Assembly: GCA_025603075.1 (NCBI GenBank)
Contig: MU626395.1
Coordinates: 1 to 55,257, forward strand
DNA from: Neoconidiobolus thromboides FSU 785
Taxonomy: Eukaryota > Fungi > Entomophthoromycota
Length of the DNA: 55,257 nt
Reading direction: 5' to 3'
Both the position numbers and the translations under genes were made by a program. The notes below the pieces were generated by a model. The model did not search any database, was not told the origin of the DNA, and saw nothing but the letters and a program-made list of their open reading frames with translations. Positions 45,625 through 55,257 of this stretch are shown in pieces (the first letter of the stretch is position 1; the number at the start of each line of letters is the position of its first letter).

Positions 45625-47758
45625 TTAAGTAAGAGTGTATTGTGGACCACCTCCACCTTCTGGTACTACCCAATCAATGTTTTGAGATGGGCATTTAATA
45701 TCACATGTCTTACAATGAACACAATTTTGAGAATTGATTTGTAATCGTTTACTTCCATCCCCTTTGCTTTCATCTTCAACGTATTCATAAACACCAGCTA
45801 AAATAAAAATTAGTTTGCTATCTTAATGTAAGTTGTTAGATCTATTACCTGGACAAAACCTATTTTCTGGGCCGTCAAATACTTTAAGGTTCCTTTCTAC
45901 AGGGATATCTTTATTTTTAAGCCTCAAATGTACGGGTTGATTTTCAGCATGGTTTGTACCAGATCTAGAAACGCTATCTAGTAATTGAAATGAAATGACT
46001 CCATCTGGTTTTGGATATTCAATCTTTTTACATTGTTCTTTTGGTTTAGTTGCTGCATGATCAGGCACTTTGTGTTTAAAAGTCCATGGTACTCTTCCTT
46101 TTAATATAAGAGAATCCAAACCAGAATAAGCAATACCACCATACAATCCAAGTGGATTATGGAATGATGGGCGTATATTCCTTACTTCATATAATTCTTT
46201 ATATACCCAGCTGCTTTCTAAGTTTTTAGCATATGACTCAATAAGGAATGGTCCTTCTTTATCGGCTTTAAGTTCCTCATAGATAGACTCAGCTGCTACC
46301 ATCCCACTCTTCATCGCAGTGTGAGTGCCCTTAATCTTTGCAACATTTAAAAATCCAGCAGAATCACCTATTAGTGCACCACCTGGGAAAATCAACTTAG
46401 GAATTGATTGATATCCACCTTCAACTAAAGAGCGTGCTCCATAAGATATTACTTTTCCACCCTCTAATACTTTACTAACAAGCGGATGATGCTTAAATTT
46501 TTGGAATTCACGGTATGGGTTTAAGTAAGTATTGGAGTAATCTAAACCAATCACAAATCCAATAGAAAGCAGATTGTCATTCATATGATACATCCAAGAT
46601 CCACCATAAGTATTTTTATCCAATGGCCAACCTATTGTATGTGTAATCAGCCCCGGTTGATGTTTACTACTATCTAATTCCCACACTTCTTTAATTCCTA
46701 AGCCATAAGTTTGAAAGCTTTTCCCTTCTCTTAAATTAAATTTATTAATAATTGTCTTTGATAAGGAACCATGACACCCTTCAGCAAATAAGGTAACTTT
46801 AGCATGCAATTCCATACCACGTTCAAAGTTATCCTAAATTAAAATAGATTAAATAAGACATGACTGGTGTAGATAACTATTAAGTCATTACTTTTGGCTT
46901 GAAATTTTTATCTAACCCAACGTCATTTGTGGCAATCCCCTTAACAGATCCGTCTTCATTGTAAAGTACTTCACTTGCTGCAAACCCTGGAAATATTTCA
47001 ACTCCCAATTTTTCCGCTTCTTCAGCCAACCATTTTACAAACAAGTTTAATGAAATGATGTAATTTCCTTTGTTACTCATCTGAGGTGGATGTGGAAACG
47101 GAATTGCATAATTCTTAGTAAGAAATTTAAATTGATCTTTAACTGCAGGCTGGTTTAATGGAGCCTAATGAATTAATTTAACACAAAATAATGGAAACCT
47201 TTTTAATTATTACCCCTCTTTCCTTCCAGTCAGGGAAGAGCTCATTTAATGCTCTGGGTTCCAATACAGCTCCAGATAAAGTGTGTGCACCTTCATAAAT
47301 ACAAAATTAATATTTTATATTAAATAAATGAGGAATGAAAGACCAAATAAATGGCCAAACAGTACTAAAGAATATTTACCCATTTCTCCTGCCTTTTCTA
47401 CTATAATAACTCTTACTTCTCTACCATCTTTTTCCGCCAATTGTTTAATCTTGATAGCAGCTGCCAACCCTGCTGGGCCACCGCCAACTATAACAACATC
47501 GGCTTCATCGGCAAACCTTTCTTCCATTTCAACTTCTTTGACATTTTCTTGCTCTTGTTTTAATTTAATAGAGGTATGAAATTTGTTTGATAAATTTAGA
47601 ATAACAGCGCTTCTTTTTAAAGAATTGGAATGAGCTGAGTATAATTTATTGAAAGATAAAGCAGTTGAATATGTTTTATTCAAACTACTCAACACTCTTG
47701 TACTACTCTTTGTAGTTTTAGTTAATTGTATCCCTTTATTCACCTGCCCCAATTTCAT
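45625..47758 (-). CDS. ETFDH: Electron-transfer flavoprotein:ubiquinone oxidoreductase (ETF-QO), multi-exon
   Basis: [16 protein letters not shown]; [15 protein letters not shown]; [10 protein letters not shown]; [12 protein letters not shown]; ENRFCPAGVYEY; [15 protein letters not shown] (4Fe-4S); PEGGGGPQY. Confidence 0.96.
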
Positions 47759-48713
47759 TGAATTTATTATAAAAAACTTATCTTAGATCATCTCATCAAT
47801 CAAATTTATACTATTTGACCAATCATTAACGGGTTTTATCACCAGCAACTTTCACATGATTATGTTTAAAACATTTCAGCTACTTTTACAATTTAAATTT
47901 CCTAATCTAAATAAATGACAGTTTGATTGTTAATAAATCATTTGAAAATTAAAATAACTGTTATTTTAGTCAAACTAAATTCTAAATAAAAGTATAATAA
48001 TATATATTTATTATATACTATATATTGTACAATGATAAGTATGCTAAATTTTATAGTTAACTTTTATGACGTATTAGTTCTTAAATATAATAATGGTGAC
48101 TATGTTTAAAATAATCACTACTATAAACAATAAATAATGAATTATATTATTTTTTTGATAAATGTTTACTATTTTCCATTAATTTTAAATAACAAAAACG
48201 GCTATAAATAATATAAAAAAAACATTAAAGAGGAGATTTATCTGGACTTATTTATCTGTAAGAGCGGGAAGTGCTATTTACGGTACAAAACTGTTTGCTG
48301 ATTATATTTTGTTAACGATTACTACAAGGATAGTAAATATAAGAGCTCTAATTTAATAGTAAAACAAATAATTAGGCATAGTGTAGATTTCAAGACATGA
48401 ACTAGTAAAAAGGCACAAAACGCTTTCTAGATTACTAACAATTATGAAAAATGCTAACAATTGACAAATAGTTCTTGTTCTTCCACTAGTATATACTTTC
48501 AAATCTAATTTAAGATGTAGTTAAATATATAATAGTCTTTTTTATAATAAAAGGATAAAGAAAGTGAGTTTATATGGAAAAGTAAGGTTTTGTAATAACT
48601 TCAAGCTATTTACAAGTATAAAAACTATCATAATTAAACATTTTATTATATTACTGAATGACGAATGCGTAAAAGAGCTATGTAAAAGAAAAAATCTTTA
48701 CAAATCTCTTTTA

Positions 48714-48817
48714 AATGGGATATGTTTTTTTAATTCCATCACTTTCTCTATTTTTAAGCATTACTTGAGTGAAAAGGTTATTGCTAAAATTCTTAAACAA
48801 AAAAATATACTCCCATA
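48714..48817 (-). mobile_element. MITE-like TIR element copy (inverted; left arm of palindrome)
   Basis: AATGGGATATGTTTTTT...TTGAGTGAAAAGG...AAAAAATATACTCCCATA. Confidence 0.85.
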
Positions 48818-48920
48818 TGGGGATGTATTTTTGTGTTTAAGAATTTTACTAACAAATTTTCCGCTCAAATAGCGCTTAAAAAATGGAAAAAATAATGAAG
48901 TCAAAAAAAACACTCCCATA
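48816..48920 (+). mobile_element. MITE-like TIR element copy (right arm of palindrome; reference copy, 105 bp)
   Basis: TATGGGGATGTATTTTTGTGTTTAAGAATTTTACTAACAAATTTTCCGCTCAAATAGCGCTTAAAAAATGGAAAAAATAATGAAGTCAAAAAAAACACTCCCATA. Confidence 0.9.
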
Positions 48921-49455
48921 TACTTAAGTTTTTTGAGCTTCTTAATCTTTTTTACTGAAAGGACACAGATGCTATCAGCTGCAATAGCAACTATCTTTTA
49001 TGCCTAAAGGGAAAGTCATTTTGTAGTAAAGTCCTTTCAGCTGCAATCTCATATCTTTATTGCTTTGGACTCAACCAAAAAAAGAATTAAAACCTAATGA
49101 CATGCCTATTACATCTTTTCTTTACTGTTAAGTTAATATTTTTAAAAATCAATTATGTGACCATAGTATAATTTACTATATAAGATAGTATGAAACCACG
49201 GCTATCATATTTAGATATCAGACTGCCTTGGTTTTAAACAAAGCATTGTAGATAATTTCTATAAAAACTACTATCTAACTTTAACATTTATTTTTATAAA
49301 GAAAATTTAAAACATTATAACTTATAAACTGTCTAAAGACGATTATACCACATACTATTATAAAAACTAAGTGTCATTGGATAAGTAAAAGTATAAGAAT
49401 AAACAACTACTTATATATCTACCTATTTAAATTTAAAGTTACATTCAGAATGCAA

Positions 49456-49559
49456 TATGGGGGGTTTTTTTTTGGCTTCATTACTTTTCCATCTTTTAAG
49501 TGTTATTTGAGTGGAAAAATTATTAGTAAAATTCTTAAACACAGAAACGCATCCCCATA
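49456..49559 (-). mobile_element. MITE-like TIR element copy (inverted)
   Basis: TATGGGGGGTTTTTTTTTGGCTTCATT...TTTGAGTGGAAAAA...ACAGAAACGCATCCCCATA. Confidence 0.85.
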
Positions 49560-49649
49560 TAGTATCCAATAATCCATTCTTTATTTGTTATTAGCTTTGA
49601 ATTTAATATAGGCATTTTTTATTTAAGAATTTAATATTTTTAGAACTTT

Positions 49650-49690
49650 TATTAAAGTGGATAAAATTCTTAAATAAGACATCCCCACAT
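49650..49690 (-). mobile_element. Internally deleted MITE end fragment
   Basis: AAAGTGGATAAAATTCTTAAATAAGACATCCCCACAT matches the element terminus AAAATTCTTAAA...CATCCCCATA. Confidence 0.55.
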
Positions 49691-52492
49691 GCCCTTTACT
49701 GATACCGGAGTGTTTACTAGAATATCTTTTAAGTGATTGTTTGTAGCAATATAGTATTGAATATTTCGAATGAACCTTAATTCGTAATCAAGTGCATTAT
49801 GGTCACCTTTATCAACGATACTAGCTTCAGAATATGCCTTCAACTTGTTTTTCAACTTTATCTAGTGTTGCTAAAAATATAACTTCATTTCAATTTATCC
49901 ACTTTTTGAAGAGTTTAGAAAGTAAACTTTTAGCTTGAGTAATTTAAGTTCAATTTTATTATAGGATAGTCGTTTTTTTAAATGTCAATACTTTCATTGA
50001 CAAAATTGACTTAAGTTATGACATTTATAGTAGTGCTTTATTAAAGCAGTAGTATACTATCTCTCGATAGATTAGCTTTTAAATTATTATTTTTCTCAAA
50101 AGGTTGATAATTCGAGGTTGATAAAATCTCCAAACATTATTTCTATTATTTAAACGAGGATTTCAAAAAACTTTAAATTAAAATTGGTAAAGTAGGAAAA
50201 AGCAATTATCAAATTTATCTAGCTAATACCATTACTGTGTTTTTCGATTATTTTTAAAGAGAAAATATTTTGCTTTAGGTAATGATACGTTATTTTATAA
50301 AGTTACTAACAAAAATAATATAACTTAGAAAGTTTGATTTCTCATTTACTAGTGTTGATGCACCTTATTTTGAATAATTAATTGCAAAATTAGGTCCAAA
50401 TTGCTAATTAAGGTGTAGGTGGTGGCTTTTCTATTATGGTTTATAGTAACGCTATTGCCTCAGGTTCTAGATGACAGTTTTAAAGAATAAAACTCATAAG
50501 CCACCAAAATTATCAAATGAATCTATCTAAAATCTTGTTTATTACAAGTTACAAGTTTTTTATTAATTTCGAAAAAATAAAATAATGAAAAACAATGTAT
50601 TTTATTTTATTTTATTTTTTATTATTCAATGTAATTATGATAAAATTAAATTACAAATAATTTTAATCCAAAAATTTATTCTATCTTAGAGAGTACAGAT
50701 TTGTGGCTTAAACAATTAACTTCAATTAATTATACTCAATAAGGCTTCTTTATCTTAATTCCAACAATTGGAAACTATTAGCCAATAAAAGGTGGAATTA
50801 ATTAATAAGTTACTCCTACTGAATAGGTTGTCAAAATATCAAATCAAATGTAAATTCACCTTAGTGCACCTTCTTTTTATTAGATAAAACTTTATTCCCA
50901 ACTTATCTCAGTTAAAACTTGATCGGAATAAAACATCTGATTATACTTTTCGAAAATTGACAACAATTAAATACATTACGCATAAAATCTTAACAATATA
51001 TACGATAGTAACCCTTTTAAACATTATCCATGTCTTTACACTGTAGATTCACTCAAATTTATTAATTTTATTATAAATTATTGATTTGAAATATAAAGTT
51101 TTAGCATATTTAATAGGCAACTATTTTCTATTTATTTAATAAATTGGTAAGCTAGTTTCATTGGCTAATAGTTATTTGATTCTATTCTTAACCCTTGACT
51201 ATTTCTATTTTTAAATATCCTAATTTATACTTATTCTCTATTTAGCCAATCAAAGCACTGCCCTAAAGATAATATTAATTATTGCCCAAATTGATAATTT
51301 ATTAGTTAAAGTAACTTTTTAAATTTTTTTTATCCCATTTAGTAAGATCAGCCTATTTTTGTATTCCGACTAATAGATAAAATAAATAACCATTTTATGA
51401 ACCGAAATTAAAGTTTTATAAATTGAAGAGTGAAATAAACTCAGCCCAAAATTCGATGATGCTTCGTCTCACATAGTTTTACTTGTTATATAGTTATTAG
51501 TTTATGTTATGATATGATTCAATGTCGTCGATATTTATTTTATAGGTAAGTCTAAAACTTAAATTAAAATCACAAGTTGCTTTAACTATTGGATATTCTC
51601 AATTAAGGAATAATCCTGTATGTAAAATTTAAGCCAATTAAAAGTTTTTTTATCAGCTTTAAATTTATTATGGCTAAGTAGTGATATTAGTTCATGTTTT
51701 AAAAAAAACTAATTAACCAATAATTTTGATAGAAATCATTACAATCTACCAATGATTTTTGGCTTTACTTTATGCTCACCTGAGTTATTAGACAACTAGC
51801 CAATCGATGTAGGCCATTACAAGCTTGACTTTCATGGTTTATGCAAAAAATGAAAGCTTTGCTTTGTGAAAATAAACCCAAAAAGGAAAAAGCTAGGCTA
51901 GAGCTCAAATTGAAATCTTTATTTTAACTGGGGTTAAAGCTAATTTCAGCAAATCCCCTCAATTTTCTCCAATTGTAAACCTTGTAAATTAATAAAAAAT
52001 AAGTACAGGCACCACTCTCTTTATCTTTTAAGCAATTTTACAATTTTATTAAACTTATTTAACATAAAACAAGTCAGCTTTGAACAAGATATTAACAAAA
52101 GACCTTTAATCAATACCCCTATTGCATCTCAGTTTATCTCAATTCAACACTTACTTTGTCCAATTAAACTATAAAGTTTTAAGTTTAGAGTAATTAACAT
52201 ACCTCAAAGACTTGGTCATTATTTTTCAAATTTCAAACGTACAGACGATCGATATTTAACTACTGTCACTTTAACAGTTTAATTTTATCACTATTTACAT
52301 ATTTGATGAATCTTATCTAAGAGTTATAAAATCAGAGTATTATTTATTGAGCCCTTTCATTATCACAGCATAAAAACGCTATATTACTTATAGTTTATAA
52401 GTAATCGATTTCTATAAGCACTACATTTATTTTATTTAAGGAATTTTCAGTTGTTGTTTCGATTTTAAACTATTTTGATATAAATTGTAAAT

Positions 52493-54347
52493 ATGGATCT
52501 TCCTCACTGTTCACTTTTTATTGTTCAAGCAGGCCAATTACCTGCATATTTATCCTCATTAAATTCAAAGAATAAAATAAGCAAGCCCGACATCAAGCTC
52601 CCCACACTATTACCCAAACCAACACAGCTAATCACCACAAATCCAAAAACCTTACCTCTAGAATCATTAGAAACTGCCCTTTTAACAATTCCAAATGTAT
52701 ATTTACTCCCTTGTGGCATTTCAACGATTTCCGATTTGAAAGAGAATTTAACTCAATCAAAGACATATATATTATTTCTTATCGATTTAGATGAGAATAA
52801 CACACATTGTAACTTTTGTTTAAACTCAACTCATAACAAAGAATGTTTAAGAGGATCTGCCCTTTTATCTCATCTTTATAACCATATAAAATCCACTGAA
52901 TTACAAAATGTTGTTCCTTTAGGTAAAGATAAAAATTTATAAGGATTAAAGCAAATGTTTAATTTATTTTTTAGTCATGTCAGCTGTTTGGTCGCCTCAT
53001 AAAATTAAAGAGTCATTAGACCTTGGTGCCGTAGATTATTTTACAAAACCGATTTCTAAAAAAGCAGCACAATCTTTATGGATAAATGTTTTTCGATTCC
53101 ATTCTCTCAAGTATCCAACTTTAATAAAACGACTTCCCTCTTTTAACTTGGCTCCGGTAGGGCTATTTAAAAAGCCAGCATTATCCTTAGACAGTCATTT
53201 AGAGGGCGTGATAGTCGATTATTACACACCACAATCTTCTATTTTAAATAGAAATCCTCTTGATTATAGTAAATTTATAAGGTCATCTATTCGTTCCCAA
53301 CAGTTGTTACGTCGTATAAAGAGAAAGAAGTTTAACCCATACCAACTTTCTGAGTCCGAATTGATAACCAGTTGTAAAATAATATTCGAAGACACTTTTC
53401 GTCAAATAGGAGTTCCAATCATTCCTGGAAGGCTTGAAAAATTTATCCTTGTGACCAAGTCATCATACCTTGAAAATGATTATCACAATTTTTGTCATGC
53501 TGTAGATGTACTTCAAGCCACCTACCTTTTCTTAACCTCTATGGGATTAAAGCACATATCTGACCCAAATGTTCCTTGCTCAATTCATTTACTTTCGACA
53601 AAGCACATTACTGCTTTATTAGTAGCTGCCCTTGGACATGATGTTGGACATCCTGGGGTCAATAACTCCTTTTTAATTAAAACTGGAATCCCCTTAGCAT
53701 CGATGTATTCAAATGTAGCTGTATTAGAAAAGTTTCATGCTTTGGCTCTTGTAAATCTCATTCATTCACAAGATTGCCTCTTTTTCCCTGATCTTTTTTC
53801 TGATCTTTCTGAATTTTATTCATTGATATCAGATATTATTATAGCTACTGATATGGCTGCCCATTTTGATCATTTAAAAAGAATTCAAGACCTCGGAGAA
53901 AGGAGGAAATTTTCTGACTATAAAATCAATGAAAAGGATTCTTTGATTATTTTATCTGCGCTAATAAAATGTTCTGATCTCATTAATGTGACAAGGCCAT
54001 TTGATATTGCTAAAGACTGGACTCGATGCCTTACTGAAGAGCTCCATAAGCAATGTTGCATGGAGCTTGCACTTGGTATAGATCCACAACTCCCTTTAGA
54101 TCAGCTACGTGGACCACAAAATGCATCACAGGTGAGTTTTATACAGAATATGGCACTTCCCTTATTTGATTGTACTGCTGATTTATTATCCGAACTTTCT
54201 TTATTTCCCCAACAACTTCAATCTAATTTATCCCTTTGGAAGCACCTTGATTCCTCTGGATTAGAATCACCAAAATCTCTAGAAAATAGGCCTTCTTCCA
54301 GTTTGTCACCTAGACAATCTCGAGTTACCTTGGTAGCCGGGATATAA
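52493..54347 (+). CDS. Class I cyclic-nucleotide phosphodiesterase with N-terminal response-regulator receiver domain (RegA-like); intron 52923-52974
   Basis: A phase-1 52-nt GT-AG intron joins the two ORFs (..VPL G|TC MSA..). Receiver: ILFLIDL (beta3 Asp), GSALL, VPLVMSA (beta4 Ser), LGAVDYFTKPI (beta5 KP). PDE: YHNFCHAVDV, GHDVGHPGVNN, ATDM, KCSDL, SQVSFI. Confidence 0.9.
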
Positions 54348-54903
54348 AGTAAAGCGACCAAGCTATGCAATTGGCGAATAGTTGATTGTGTCTATATAGA
54401 TTAAGTTATAATTTAAAAATAGTATTAACCAAAAATTGGTTCCATCTGGAACCATTTATCTCATTTCTAGTGTATTCAAATATCTTCTCGATCCTTATGT
54501 AATATTTCCTTTCCATCCGCTTTAAACATTCTAACAAAAGAACTATTTCATGCTATTTTTATTCAAAAAAAGATATTTCACAAACTCATTAAAAAAAATC
54601 TAATAAAAAAAGTATATTACATTTTTGAACCTTTTAACTTAAGAAAACATTTAGGTATTAACAAGCTCATTATGAAACAGTTTTAATATCCTTTTAACTA
54701 TTTATTTTTAAGCTATCATATTTCTATAATTAGTGAAAAGGATATAATTATTATATTGAAAGAAAAGTTAAAAATTTATTTGATAGAATCACAACTCATA
54801 ACAAAATTTAATAACTTGGAATTTTATAGTTATTAGATACAAAAGATCTTGCAATATTAAATTATGACTAAAATCCAAGTTTTATTTACAATGTATTAAA
54901 CAA

Positions 54904-55203
54904 TTAAGAATTCATTTCCTTTTTAGCATCACCTTGTAATTTAGAAGCTTTACCTTCAGCTTGCATTTGCTCATTACCAATAGCTGATCCAACAGTATCT
55001 TTAACACTTCCTTTTACACTATCTTTAGAACCTTCAGCATAGCCTTTAGCTTGAGCAGCTTTATATTCAGCATCACCTTCAGCTCTTTGAGCAGCACCTT
55101 TAGATTCAAGAGAATGATTACCAAGAGCAGAACCTACATTTTCTTTAATGGATCCAATGGTAGAGTTATAGTTACCAGACATTTTTGATGGGCTTCCAGT
55201 CAT
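54904..55203 (-). CDS. CsbD/Hmp1-like small hydrophilic stress protein
   Basis: SGNYNSTIGSIKENVG..GN..LES.G..QRAEGDAEYKAAQAKGYAEG..D...G..KD.VG...GNEQMQAEG: two CsbD-like repeats. Confidence 0.85.
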   Translation of the reverse strand: MTGSPSKMSGNYNSTIGSIKENVGSALGNHSLESKGAAQRAEGDAEYKAAQAKGYAEGSKDSVKGSVKDTVGSAIGNEQMQAEGKASKLQGDAKKEMNS

Positions 55204-55257
55204 TTTGATTATTTAATTTGATATTTAATAATTAATTTGTTAGTTAATTTGTTTTTG

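Noticed and set aside
48564-48872. 102-aa ORF
   Set aside because: Its C-terminal half is the MITE palindrome; no independent coding signal.
54437-54454. TGGTTCCA-TC-TGGAACCA inverted repeat after the PDE stop
   Set aside because: A single 8-bp stem is expected occasionally by chance, and there is no other support.

Overview
AT-rich, gene-dense fungal nuclear DNA with many short (~40-60 nt) GT-AG introns. Composition and gene content fit an early-diverging fungus (e.g. Zoopagomycota/Entomophthoromycotina), but the taxon cannot be proven from this window. About 21 protein-coding genes are supported: a DUF4050/Gag1-like protein, a six-exon secreted Cys-rich protein, a formin, a heme-less sulfite oxidase, a HAD phosphatase, MET30, CTF18, ZNG1/CobW, TYW3, IDH2, ROK1, GSK3, TOM40, PEX7, MTG2/Obg, an NPR/HAL-type kinase, TIP41, a RUN-coiled-coil-FYVE protein, ETF-QO, a receiver-domain/PDE fusion and a CsbD/Hmp1-like protein. 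There is also a candidate 36-aa secreted micropeptide. Intergenic DNA carries at least 13 diverged copies of a ~104-105 bp TIR element (MITE-like, TA/ATAT-flanked), some in inverted arrays. No tRNA, rRNA, CRISPR array or intact transposase was seen. Best leads: the REC-PDE fusion, the RUFY-like protein with a Cys-to-Asp FYVE site, the plant-type sulfite oxidase ending in a PTS1-like SNI, the MITE family, and the two secreted ORFs that the ORF track largely misses. Gene models were assembled by eye, so exon boundaries not stated explicitly are approximate.
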